Counted from the first letter of the whole stretch, positions 48,950 to 61,641 are shown. The stretch: DNA of 63,551 nt, filler included, from Globobulimina sp. (GCA_003354225.1; 46 parts of 46 records of this genome joined end to end with filler, not necessarily neighbours in it), one strand, 5' to 3'. Numbers and translations: made by a program. The notes: generated from the sequence alone by a model not told the origin.

Positions 48950-49663
48950 ATGAAAAGACAATTGCAGGAGAACTCCGAAGTAACAACAAAGAAACAAAAG
49001 ACTGATCCAGCATTTTGTAAATATTCGTGTGGTCACATATGTAATCCAGAAAAAACAAATAACGGCGATCCATACGATACATATGCATGTTGTAGACAAT
49101 GTGCTAAAAATAGAAATGATAAAAATAAAATTGTTTATCATGATTTTGATTGTAATCAAAGAATATATAGTACGTTGATCATACATTGTATATATTTATC
49201 TGTGTCAATAAAGTGCGTAATATCAAACAAAACAGATTATAAAATAGAAATTGGTGAAATTGAAGCTGTTAACAATTGGAAAGATGTCAATAAACGAATT
49301 AAGAACAAAGTAAATGAAGAATTTGGCGGTGTTCTTGCAAGTTGTTTAGCAAAGAAACAATTTATTAATATGGATATTGACAAAATAAAAAGTATATTAT
49401 TACAATATATTACACCACAAATTATTCCCCGACCTTTTTGGAAACCAAAAACACAACAAACTGACCAAAATATATCAATCATAGCATCTAAATACGGTGG
49501 AAAACCATTATTATATTCAAACGAAGAATGGCCAAAATGTGGAAATTGCACAAATTATATGCCATTATTTGTGCAATTAAATGTCAATAATTTACCAAAT
49601 AAATTCAAACAAAAATTCTTACCAAAAAACAAAAATGGTGCTATATTTGGGAAAATCATTTAA
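48950..49663 (+). CDS. YwqG/DUF1963-like (PDCD2-related) protein (partial)
   Basis: SKYGGKP.....EEWPKC.NC...M.LFVQLN...LP. Confidence 0.65.
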   Translation: MKRQLQENSEVTTKKQKTDPAFCKYSCGHICNPEKTNNGDPYDTYACCRQCAKNRNDKNKIVYHDFDCNQRIYSTLIIHCIYLSVSIKCVISNKTDYKIEIGEIEAVNNWKDVNKRIKNKVNEEFGGVLASCLAKKQFINMDIDKIKSILLQYITPQIIPRPFWKPKTQQTDQNISIIASKYGGKPLLYSNEEWPKCGNCTNYMPLFVQLNVNNLPNKFKQKFLPKNKNGAIFGKII

Positions 49664-49826
49664 TTCAATTATTTTATTGTGGTAATGCTGATAATTGTGA
49701 TGATGGAGCTGACGCATTTAACAATCNNNNNNNNNNNNNNNNNNNNNNNNNNNNNNNNNNNNNNNNNNNNTTAATTAATTAANNNNNNNNNNNNNNNNNN
49801 NNNNNNNNNNNNNNNNNNNNNNNNNN

Positions 49827-51104
49827 AATCAATTTATTTATTTGGCCACCAATTTCGGTGCCCATGGCATGAGGGATGCGCAGGTTTTGGTGTTGACGCA
49901 TAAAATATTTTGTGATTCAAAGTTTAGTTTGTTTGTACTGTAGAAAATAGATTGCAATTTTAATGATATTGTATACAGAGCATTGCTAAAAGGACTTCGT
50001 AGGCGATTTTGGATGCCGCTGCCACCAAACATAACGCCATCGGAGATGACAGCGTTTCGGCAAACATTTGTTAAACAGATTCGAGGTAAAATAATAGCGG
50101 TTTTGCGATATTGGTTAACCAAACATTGGTGTGATGATTTTCGCGATGAAGTCGGTTTACAGCGCAGAATGAATAAATTTATCACGGAAATCTTCGAAAA
50201 CAAAGACTCGGAATCAATGTCGATATATTTGGCCCAAGCTTTTGCCAAAGAGAAGAAAGCAAATACAATAAAGAGTTTATTTGATGGCAGAGCTAAGTTA
50301 CAGACGGCGCAGAAAAAGAAAGTGGTTAAATTTTTTTATGACGCCAAAACAATGGACATTTTAGATTTTGATCCCGGGGAAACTGCTGCGTGTATTGTTG
50401 AATTAAACTGTAAATCATTTTTATTGATTGATCAGCGAGAATGCTTTGAATTTATCAAAAATAAAGAAAAAGGCCCAAATGTTGCTTCTATGATCGCGCG
50501 CTGGAATGCTATGGGAAATTGGGTGCAAAGAGAATTATTGTCACAACGGAGAGATTTTAAAAAAAGATTGCAATGTCTGCGATATTTTATACATATTGTG
50601 AGTATATTATCCGATTTGGGAGATTTTAGCGGTGCCTATGCTATAAATTCTGCATTACATTCAACGCCCGTTCATCGATTGAAAACATACTTTGATGAAT
50701 TGACCAGAAAAGAACATAATACATTGAAAGAAATGAGAGTATTATTTAAAGTTTCTGGCAATTATCCAAAGTTGCGACAAGAAATGAAAAATTATTTATC
50801 AAAGCCATGTGTGCCTCATATTGGATTATTTACGCGTGATTTAACAATGTTGGCCGAAAATGATTCTACAAAAATGATAAATAATGGAAAATATATTAAT
50901 TTTGGGAAATGTCAAACTTTAGCAAAGCTAATGAATGATCTGAAAATGTATCAAAATAATATCAATAAATTTAATTTGCAATATCAAAAACCTTTGCTCG
51001 ATTATGTTGAAACGCAGTTGGAAAATCCAATAAAAACTGAAAATGATTTGTATAAAATGTCTATTCAAGTTGAACCAAAACCAACTATGCAAACAAGTCA
51101 ATAA
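49827..51104 (+). CDS. RasGEF (REM and CDC25 domains), C-terminal part
   Basis: VLRYWL.KHW.DDF, WNAMGNWV, AINSALHSTPVHRLK, NY..LR, PCVPHIGLF.RDL, INFGK; intron 49922-49978. Confidence 0.93.
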
Positions 51105-52391
51105 AATTTNNNNNNNNNNNNNNNNNNNNNNNNNNNNNNNNNNNNNNNNNNNNTTAATTAATTAANNNNNNNNNNNNNNNNNNNNNNNNNNNNNNNNNNN
51201 NNNNNNNNNTGCCATTGACTTAGTGTTTGACTTAAGAGTGTTTTAACTTAAAGTTTTCTAACCTAACTACTTTCTAAATACACTTTCTATTCCTACAAAC
51301 TATAAATATACTCGCAAGTCTCTACAATTGGGGGGTCAAGTGTTACAAACTATTCACGACATAGAGTAGTATAGCACAGTAAAAAAAGAGGAGCAGAAGG
51401 TATATATATTGATACAATATATTTTAAACTAGTTTAGTGTGAGGTACCAGCACAAAATTTAAAATATGGTTTTCCAGACAAGTTAAGGAGTACCGTAAGT
51501 CAAACGAGTGGAGACTAGCAGAGCAGTATAAGTCAGTCCTAGCACAAATAAACTAAAATGAAATTAAAGGACAAATATAACCATAATATAAGTATAAAAT
51601 AAAACACCGGTAAGAAATAACAAAAAAAAACATATATACAAATTCAGATTGCAAACTTTGAAAATCAGATTGTGAATTTTGAAAATTCAGATTGAAAATT
51701 GATAAAACCTGGTCCAAACCAACAAAACCATGAAATACAAATCCAAATCCAGGAAATCTAACTTTTGAATTAAAATGAATAAAATGCACCATATACCATT
51801 CAATTTTATTATATTGGGAGTCGCGACCCATTGATATCATTGTACGAGTTATGAGATGTAGTGGTTCCTTGGTCGTGGTCCACAAATAACGCAGAGTGCC
51901 CTTTGAGGCCTATAATGAATTAAATATAAACATATGTGCAATAATGCTTGTTTGATTGGGATAACATCAACAAGGCATGGATTGGCATAATGAGTTTGAC
52001 CTTGAGTCCATATAACATTTGTACCAAATGCCATAAATCCGATACAAACTAAATAAAAACAACCAAACAAAAAAAAATGTATCAGGCATGACGACAACGA
52101 CAAAAAGAAGAACAACACGCAATAGCAACAGAAATAGCAATAATACGAACAAAAATACCTCAGATTCTGAAGATGTGGATATGGAGATAACATACACGAA
52201 ATTATTATATCTACAATCCACATTGAGCCCATTCACGAAACCATGGATTAGATCTGGTTTGGATGCTTTTCGCTGGATATTAGACGTCCGAAATTACCGA
52301 GACAGCCATTCCGAGCATCCACAAGATATGTTAATGAAAGAAATCTTGAAATCGTTGCCGATGGGCAGTCGCCAGCTATATTTTTTTTTTT

Positions 52392-52492
52392 AAATATATT
52401 ATCTACTAATATATATATTATCTACTAATATATATATTATCTAAACTAATATATATATTATCGATAATATATATATTAGCGAGCTCATATAT
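52392..52492. repeat. AT-rich ~21-nt tandem repeat
   Basis: tatattatctactaatata-like units, about four copies, at the contig end. Confidence 0.8.
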
Positions 52493-52625
52493 NNNNNNNN
52501 NNNNNNNNNNNNNNNNNNNNNNNNNNNNNNNNNNNNTTAATTAATTAANNNNNNNNNNNNNNNNNNNNNNNNNNNNNNNNNNNNNNNNNNNNACTTTAAT
52601 TTTAATTTAGTTAGAAACAATATGC

Positions 52626-53875
52626 TCAATCAATATAATTAGCCTTTTCATCTCCTTCCACTGTATTACAATATGCAAGTTTCAAATTATTAATTTGCAT
52701 CATAATTAGATCAATATGTCCTTGTTTCTTAATCCCAATCATTTTTAATTTCTCCTCAGTTAATAATTGAACAATTTGCACAGTTTCATAGCCATTGTCA
52801 ATAAACAATTGAAAATAGAAATTCTTTAAATTTGGTATATTTATATGAGTATCAAACCACGCCCTCAACGCAACCGTATTATTACTGTCAATGATATACG
52901 TTTCAATCTCGTCCCTCGTCTCTTTATCCTGCGGTATATTAACAAATAACTGCGAGCTATCACTTTCAGCCTCAAACTCCGCCGCACGGTCATCATAATT
53001 CGTTGCATTCAATGCATTGGGTATTTTTTCATAGCTGCTGCTGTCTTGTGAGTCGCCTTCGGTTTCTTCATGAATTTTCTTCTCTTCCTCTTCTAAATCC
53101 GGTCGCAATTGCCGAGTTTCTGCAGATTCTGCATCTTCTTCTTGGGTTTCTATTTCCATATCATGCCCATTTTCAGGTTGTTGCGTTTCTAACTCGGCCA
53201 TATGATGCTGCATAGTTTGTATCACAACAGTTTCCGTTTCCTGCTGGTTTTCTTCATCTTCATCGTATTCGTTGGTGGTTTTGGGGGAGGATTTCTTTCG
53301 GTTTTTGACAATAATGCTGATGATAATGCATATAAATATTGCCACAGGAATCAGCAATAAAAAACTCGAAAATGGCATGTTTTTATTGTTCGCCGAGCCA
53401 AATAATTCACTGTCTGTCATTAAAATCACTGTACTTTGTATTGATGGAGTGGACGGCGTTAATATTTTTTTCGAATCAGTAGATAATGTGGGTATTACAC
53501 CTGGTGAATATGTTGTATATAATGGGGAAATTGATGGTATATTTGTTGGTGATACTGTTGGATTACATGTGCTACCGATTGACAATCCAGCGCCATTCGT
53601 CCATGCTGATGCATCTGAATATGTATTCTGTGCGTTTATATTGAAATAAATTATTTGTTTTACCGGTGAACAGTCATCTATTTCGTTATCAACACATAAG
53701 TGTTTGTAATGAGAATATCCATCGCCGCAAGCACCATCAGTAATTTCCCAGTCTTCTTCATATCCACTATTTACTGCCTCATTCACTGCCCCTGAAGGAA
53801 TACACCATGACTTTGTACCCCACCATGCGTCCAATGTATCAGTCACTAAAACGCTGTCTACAACAACTGCATTAT
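52626..53875 (-). CDS. Single-pass membrane protein with P/T stalk and C-terminal SAM domain (partial)
   Basis: TM LLLIPVAIFICIIISIIV; YFQLFIDNGYE...LTEEKLKMIGIKKQGH. Confidence 0.8.
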
Positions 53876-53974
53876 NNNNNNNNNNNNNNNNNNNNNNNNN
53901 NNNNNNNNNNNNNNNNNNNTTAATTAATTAANNNNNNNNNNNNNNNNNNNNNNNNNNNNNNNNNNNNNNNNNNN

Positions 53975-55000
53975 NTATTTTAATTGGCATTTTTGTGTAT
54001 TGCTCAATAGCTCGAATTTGTTTCCCGCGATCAATAACGTGCACTCTTGGTCGGGGTCGCTGAAATTAAAGAAGTTGTTTCTCCAATAAATGTTATCGAA
54101 TTCGAACTGTTCGCTGAACGCAAACGAAGCGATGCCGCATTTACTTTGGCAATATTTGCACGTCGACGACAAAATAAACTGTTCGCTGCGACATAGATAT
54201 AGCAATAAATAGTTATACCACACGTTGTTGGCTAATAACTCGAATTTGCGCGTTTTTAATTGCTTTTTCATGATTTTGATCTCTGTCTTGATGCGCTCGC
54301 GCTCGTTTTTCAAGGAGATGGCGGAGGAGTCGTCGACTACATTGCGGCCGGTGATTTTTCTGAAAGCCAACGACATTGACGATTGGTGCGGTGCATGTGC
54401 AGCGTGGCTGGGCGACAGAGCCAAATCGCTAAAGAGCGAGCCCGTGGAGGCAGACATTGGGTGATAGCGGCCATCTGCATATCGTATGTGTAGAAGTTAG
54501 AAAGCGTATACATTATAAATATGCAAAAACACACTGGCTGGATCCATCAAACGTAGGTCCGGCGACGAAGCGTTTAAGGCACGCATGGACGGCGTAGGCG
54601 GTTCCTCCATTGGCAAATCCGGCAATGCAGCGATTTCGGTGGCATTTAATCTCAATGTACGCTCTTCTTTGTGGTGATTGTCGATTTCTTGTCGGCCTAA
54701 TTGTCTCTTTGCAGAGGTCACAAAGGTCTTTAACTGCAAAAAAATAGGCTCGAAATCTGGCTCAATTGCGTCTTCTTTCTTTTCTGGGATGGAATCGATC
54801 ACAAATTCGATCATGTCGATGTATGATAGACAGACTTGTTTCAATGCGGATAGTTCTTCATCGTCTATTTGGTCAATGTTTAATCCATTTATTGACGATT
54901 TGTTATCTTTATCTGATGTGAGTACTTTTGCTCTCGTTGTTACTGATGTGGACTTAGCACTTCTTGACTTCTGTCGAGGTGCTCCTGCCGTGTTGCCCAT
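53975..55000 (-). CDS. Putatively myristoylated protein with F-box-like segment (partial, one intron)
   Basis: MGNTAG start; VWYNYLLLYL...EQFILSSTCKY. Confidence 0.5.
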
Positions 55001-55528
55001 TGTAGCATTTACTGAATTGGAAATTAAAGTTTTTTTTAGTTAATACATCCTTGCACAATTTAAAGCCGTTGAATGTTTCGGTTGGTGTATATCTGATACA
55101 GCACAGTTACAGTACTCATTGCTGTTTACAAGGTGCACATTTATGTCAAATAGAGTGCAAAGCCCAAAATTTTGAATTTGTTAAAGTGTCTTGATCCATA
55201 TTCATCAGCAATAACAATGGCATGGAAATATAATTCATCGTTTGCTACAAAGTTATTTNNNNNNNNNNNNNNNNNNNNNNNNNNNNNNNNNNNNNNNNNN
55301 NNTTAATTAATTAANNNNNNNNNNNNNNNNNNNNNNNNNNNNNNNNNNNNNNNNNNNNATTCATACTTTTTTTCTTTTTTTTTGTTTTTGTTTTAATCCT
55401 GAATTGTATCGCACTTCTTGAAAAAACTTAAGAAATGACTCAAATCGCACATAAATGAAGATGAAGATCAAGATCGTATACTAAAATACATAATAAACTA
55501 ACAACAAAAGAGGTTATTATAAAGTTTA

Positions 55529-56641
55529 CTATTTGCAGTTAACAACGACATCATTAATAGCCGTAGCAATATAATCAACATTTGACGATGCAACGCCAGC
55601 CATCGACACTCTGCCATTGGACAATAAATAAATATGATGCTTATTAATCATAACATCGACTTGTGTGGCTGTCAAACCGGTAAACGTAAACATTCCGATT
55701 TGATCCGTAATATGATTCCAAGTGCCGGGCGTCTTTAAATCTTCTATCTTTGCTCGTAATCTCTTTCGCATTTCCAATATACGTCCACTCATTCCTTGCA
55801 TTTCTGTTTTCCAAAATGCATAATTATCCGCATTGCTTAACACCGCTTTTACAATTCGGGCGCCGTGAGCTGGCGGGTTGCTATACATCGGACGGACGAT
55901 GCTACAGAACTGGCTCATGCATGCTTTTGCTGCTTCCGGTGAGGAGGTCACCGCCGTCGCACATCCTGCCCTCTCACAGTATAAACCTAAATTCTTTGAA
56001 AATGACTGAGCTATGAAAAATTCAAATCCTCTGCTTTCAAATAATCGGACTGCGTACTACAACACAAATAAATATGAATCGCATTAGTATGGACATGTAT
56101 TACTTAACAGCATCAACATCTAAGTCGCCAGTGGCAAATCCTTGATACGCACAATCGAAAAATGGAACTAATTGAGCCGCTTTCATTGCATCGGCAATCT
56201 GTGCCCATTCATCTTTTGTGGGATCGACGCCTTTGTAACAGATGGGACTGTGCAGTGTGCAGTGCTTAGTGGGTCAGACAGGGCAGCAACATACCGGTCG
56301 GATTATGGGCGCAAGCATGCAATAATACGACATCGCCGGCATTGCCTTTGTTTTTTAAATCTGCCAACATCGCTTTCAAATTTAAATTTCTTTCTTGCGG
56401 ATTCCAATAAGTATATGTCTCAAATGGTAAGCCGGCTTTTCTGATGATTTTCTTGTGATTCCCCCAGGTCGGATTGGAGATTAATATTTTGCATTTCTCA
56501 TTTTTCGCAGCAAAATTGTTTTTGATAAAATTGAAGCATAATCGCAAGGAACCGGTGCCAGATATGGCCTGTACGCCGGCGACGCAGCCACCTTTTAAAC
56601 GGGCACATTCCCCCAATATCAGGGTCTGCGACAAACGGACA
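55529..56641 (-). CDS. GOT: Aspartate aminotransferase (5' truncated, introns 56057-56108 and 56231-56294)
   Basis: QAISGTGSL, PTWGNH, LHACAHNPTG|VDP, DCAYQGFATGDLDVDA|YAVR, QSFSKNLGLY.ER, YSNPPAHGA, QIGMF, GRVS. Confidence 0.97.
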
Positions 56642-56741
56642 NNNNNNNNNNNNNNNNNNNNNNNNNNNNNNNNNNNNNNNNNNNNTTAATTAATTAANNN
56701 NNNNNNNNNNNNNNNNNNNNNNNNNNNNNNNNNNNNNNNNN

Positions 56742-57933
56742 TATCCAACAATGACTACACAGTCAACCCCTCCTCGATTATCACTCTTTGCACCATCTTT
56801 TCATTAATATTCTGTTTCATTTTCGCCAAAGCCAAATATTCCTTCCCTTTAAACTTTATTCTCATTCCACTCTCAAACGTAACAACCCATCCTTCCTTAT
56901 TACAGTCCAAAACATCCGCTGCTTTCATCACTTCACTCACCGAATTAAAACGAAAACGTTTTGCAATTCGCACAGTTGGCGACATTTTATCTGTAATTTG
57001 CTGCAAATATGAATATTTATATTCATATCCATGCTCATTATATGCTGCCAACAACACCAAACCCTCGAAATCATATTCGATAACAATCTTATTATCCGAC
57101 CATATAATCTCTGCTAAATAGGTGTGACCAATCACCAATACATCACTATAAATGCTTTTATGTGTTTGCAGATATTTATTTGTCCATTTTGCCTGCGATG
57201 AAGACAAACTGCCTCTCGTTGCACATCGCCAATGTTTTATAGTGTGACAGTAAAAGATAATACCTAACGAGCCATCTATTTTCTCATTGATTTGAATGCT
57301 GTCTTTCTGTGCAATGAATAAAGCGTTTAAATGATGTCGTATATCATTTTGGAACTCGCCGTAATTGAAAAATTTAGGAAATGCGGTTGCGACTATTTTC
57401 TTTTGTTTTGGATCAATAATTAACCCACGACATAATATGTGGTATTCATCCCATTCCGGCATTGTGCTGTTTATTGTTAAGTGTTTGGAGAACGAACATG
57501 TTATTTCCGAGCAACACTAATATTGGAATTCGAAACTTAACGTTATGTAATAATTAAAAATTTGGTAATCTGAACAATATAAAGAATCTCCTTTGAATAC
57601 AAAACCGTTGGTCTTTTCTACTGTTTCTCTCAAGTTTTTGTACATTGCATCCCAGCCAAGCTCATCAATTAATTTATAGACTGGATGTCGCGATTTGTAA
57701 TTATACTTTGTATGGTCGAATTTGTTTTTTTTATTGGATTTGATAATAACACCATAACAAATTGCCAATGAGATAATAATCAGTGATGTGTTTAATAAAC
57801 TTTCTGTTAGAAATATACAGCAAAGTGCCATTGCTAAAAACACAAATATTAACCATGTGTCTTGTTTTTTATGTGTCGGATAGCTGGATTTTTGCGTGCA
57901 TATTTTCATGCATTTATTAGACAAAACAACCAT
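56742..57933 (-). CDS. T4 Rnl1-family RNA ligase with N-terminal hydrophobic segments and intron 57467-57541 (partial)
   Basis: FNY...WDE...CRGLI, FPKFFN.GE, EKIDGSLG (motif I), EGWVV (IV), RIKFK (V). Confidence 0.88.
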
Positions 57934-58123
57934 GATATCTCATAAAAAACTTTTAGAGATAAAGCGAAAGGCATAATGACTGGTTTGTTTATAGATCCAG
58001 CGCCTCTGTACAGCACCAAGGATNNNNNNNNNNNNNNNNNNNNNNNNNNNNNNNNNNNNNNNNNNNNTTAATTAATTAANNNNNNNNNNNNNNNNNNNNN
58101 NNNNNNNNNNNNNNNNNNNNNNN

Positions 58124-59405
58124 AGATATGATCCATATAAATATGCTGAAATGGATTATGAGCAGGTTGGAATCGATGGGCATTATACCAATATGGAAAG
58201 TTGGACTGCGTCAAATATTCATAAATTTAAAAATGTGGACAAATTATCAATAAAATTATCAATTTTAGACCGTTTAGATTTATTTAATGTATTTCAGAAA
58301 GTTAAACATTTAACATTTTGTAACGACCCTCAAGATCCGTACCCTGAGGTTGAAAATATGGAGGAAATGAAATTAATGCCATTATTACAAACAATTTCGT
58401 TCGTAGAATTTAATGATATATGGACTTTATTACATTTTCTAGATCCTAATTTCAATAAAATTATTCATCAATTAACATCGATTGCGTTTGTTGACAGTGT
58501 TTGTGGTTTGCACCCTGAGGAATATGATGAACCATATGAAAGATACCAAAATATAGCAAATTTTATATTGCCATCAGAGCCAAATCGTTTACAAGTTCTA
58601 AAATTTGAAAATTCATATTTTCGCAAAAGTACTGATCCAAAGTGTACTGATACAAATAATAAATTTGCAAATATTGAACGAATTAAAACCTCATTATCAA
58701 ATTTAAAAGGATTGGTTTTTGATCATGGCCTATCTGCAAGATTTAGCGATGACAATTTATATTTTACTTTAACAACAAATATTTTATCAAATTTAATATT
58801 ATTTCGTAAATTAGAGTCAATCCATACCCATTCATCGACAGATCAGTTAATAGCATTATATTTAAATAATAATAATACAAATGCATTGGTAAAAATATCT
58901 GAATTGTGTATTTCCGTCGGATTGCACTCAATGAATCAAAATACATCACCATTGCATGTACGGAATTTGCCTACGTTGCCAATGCTTTCACTCAAGAGAT
59001 TTGTACCCAATTTGGAGAAATTATGTTTAGTGATTAAAATATCAGATAATGATAAAATGTATTTGCCAAATTTCGAAATAGTAATTGAAGCAATTTTACA
59101 TAATTTAACAAAATTGAAAGTATTACAGATTGTGGCGATAATTGAAGATAAAACTAATACCGATCCATCATTTTGTATTAAAAAAATAAATATTTTAAGT
59201 GAGCTTTCAAAAGTATTGGTTAACGCATTTATTTGGATACGAAATAGAAACGAATCCGGAAAACAGCAGTTATTATTTAAATTTCATGTAAAATCATCTC
59301 ATTCAAAAAGCAATGCAAAATGTAAAACTTGTGAGCGTGCAGGTGATAATGCATTAGAATTACGAGCATTCGTTGATAGCATTCAAAGTATGATAGTAAA
59401 TTATT
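58124..59405 (+). CDS. LRR-like hypothetical protein, paralog B (internal fragment)
   Basis: Closely similar to 47061-48343 with clustered indels. Confidence 0.65.
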
Positions 59406-59624
59406 NNNNNNNNNNNNNNNNNNNNNNNNNNNNNNNNNNNNNNNNNNNNTTAATTAATTAANNNNNNNNNNNNNNNNNNNNNNNNNNNNNNNNNNNNNNN
59501 NNNNNTGGTTTGTTGTATGATTGGTATACGAAGTAAAAGAAGCTGTTGGAGATAAAGCGTGCATGAATTAAAGTTGTTTTTCTTTAACTTTCTTAAATAT
59601 AAATCTTTTTTTTTACTCAAGATA

Positions 59625-60787
59625 ATGGCCGACGGTTTAACAGCAGATTTAACAGAACATGACAAACCTATTTTTAATCATTCCTTGATCAAAGCGTGGC
59701 GATATGATTCAAACAAATGGAGAACGAGAGGAAAAGGCTCAGTTACAATGTATTACAATGTCAAAATAAATAAGGCAAAATTAATATTCTTTGATGAGAA
59801 ATATCAAAAAGTTCGCTTATTGCAATATATTGATAATGTATGCGGAGAGAGTACGGCAACAATAAACACACCGGATTCAGAATCAGTGGACTGGGTTGGT
59901 AATGATTATACGATGGACGCCTTAAACCCACTTAAATCACAATGGAAATTGAAATTTATCACTTCTGCCAACACAGCCATACAATTTTCCATATTATACA
60001 ATTATCACATTTCATTATTTAATAAATATTTAAACAGAAACGAATTTTTGCAAGAATTAAACTGTAATATTTGTTATGAGTTTATCAACGATGCACAATT
60101 ATTATATTGTGGTCATATTGGATGTAATAAATGTATGACGCAATGGATAACCCAGTCGTCCACGTGTCCAATTTGCAGAATTAAAATCGACGAATCAGTC
60201 TCCTTTACATCATGCAATACCATTGATATAATTATAAAACATAAAACAAGCAATAAATGTATTTGTAAGCAAACAATTGATAATAATATCTATATAAACT
60301 GCTATGTTTGCGATAATTGGTACCATCCACAATGTGTTGGCTTGCAACCAAATCAAATCAATGAGATACCGTATAAATGCATATTATGTAAATCTAAACA
60401 AGTTAACAATTGCAATATATACAATAATCAGATATTAATTGGAGAAGTTGCCTGTAAATCAGTGGTGTACAATGATAAAAAACTCGTAATCGATACAAAG
60501 TTACAGTTTCTACAAAATATAAACAACGGCAAATATCGATTGATCGCACGCGATGAGGAAACCAATGAAATAAAAATTGATCAATTTATATACGATTATT
60601 ATAGAGAGACATTAGAAATTAGCTCAGATACATCCTATTCGTGGCACGCTATGGATTGTGTCTTGCAAACGGAATTTAATATATATCAACAAGTCTCATT
60701 TATGGCTACTTTTTATACAGACAAGGATGCATTGGAGTTTAAATTGTATTATCTCAACAATTGTAATAACAACGTACTTGACAATCA
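59625..60787 (+). CDS. RanBP1-like PH domain - RING - PHD - second RanBP1-like domain protein (partial)
   Basis: KAWRYD..KWRTRGKG; CNIC...CGHIGCNKC...CPICR; CICKQ...YINCYVCDNWYHPQCVG...YKCILC; GKYRLIARDE...SYSWHAMD...ATF.T..DA.EFK. Confidence 0.75.
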
Positions 60788-60964
60788 NNNNNNNNNNNNN
60801 NNNNNNNNNNNNNNNNNNNNNNNNNNNNNNNTTAATTAATTAANNNNNNNNNNNNNNNNNNNNNNNNNNNNNNNNNNNNNNNNNNNNTTTGATTTTTCTC
60901 TAACTGTGTTTCGTGTTGTTTTGTTTCTTTTTGTTTCTCATAATACCGATAGAAAACAGCTCCG

Positions 60965-61641
60965 ATGGCAGCAGTAAACAAAAGAGCAAATAATACAAAC
61001 AAATTACGCAAAGAAAAGAAAGAAAGAAAATTAATAAAAGTAAATGAGAAAATAATTTGGAGGCCACCATTACAAACAATATTCTCTGACCATTTATTAT
61101 TAAATACACTCAGTAAATTCATGCAAAATAGCTACAACTCTGAAAATTTATTATTTTTACAGGCTGTCAAGGCATTAAATGGTGCGAATCATAAAAATAT
61201 AGACAATAAAATCATAAATATTTATAATAAATATATTATTCCATATTGTGAATATCAAATAAATTTAAGCTATCATTGTTTAATGAATATAATGAGCAAA
61301 AAAGATGAATTTATGTCTTATAATGATATAAAAGCTAAATGTAAAATATTTAGTTTATGTGTTGAAGAAATTGAAAATTTAATCATAACTTCCATATTAG
61401 GCTCGTTTTATAGATCTTCTTTGTTTCAATCAAATGCAAGAAAATCCAAATTATTTATTGATAATCATTCCCCTTCGAATTCATCTCAATATTCGCCATA
61501 TTCTTCGCTGAGTCCACCTCCAATTCCAATCGTTATGTTTTATCTTTGTTTTTTGTCTTCGTTTGTTTTTCTATTATTATTATGTGATATATTTAGGAAT
61601 CATCAATGTCAACAGAATCGTTCTTCGACTTTGATGCTTAA
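60965..61641 (+). CDS. RGS-domain protein (intron 61532-61596)
   Basis: KFM..SYNSENLLFLQAV...IYNKYI.....YQINLS...SFYRSSLF. Confidence 0.88.

Noticed and set aside
51210-52393. Retroelement 5' region or gag-like ORF (52088-52393) with short ~21-nt repeats near 51640-51700
   Set aside because: No diagnostic motif; cannot be supported from sequence alone.
53272-53649. Antisense ORFs overlapping real genes (this and many others in the ORF track)
   Set aside because: Shadow frames of coding sequence on the opposite strand.
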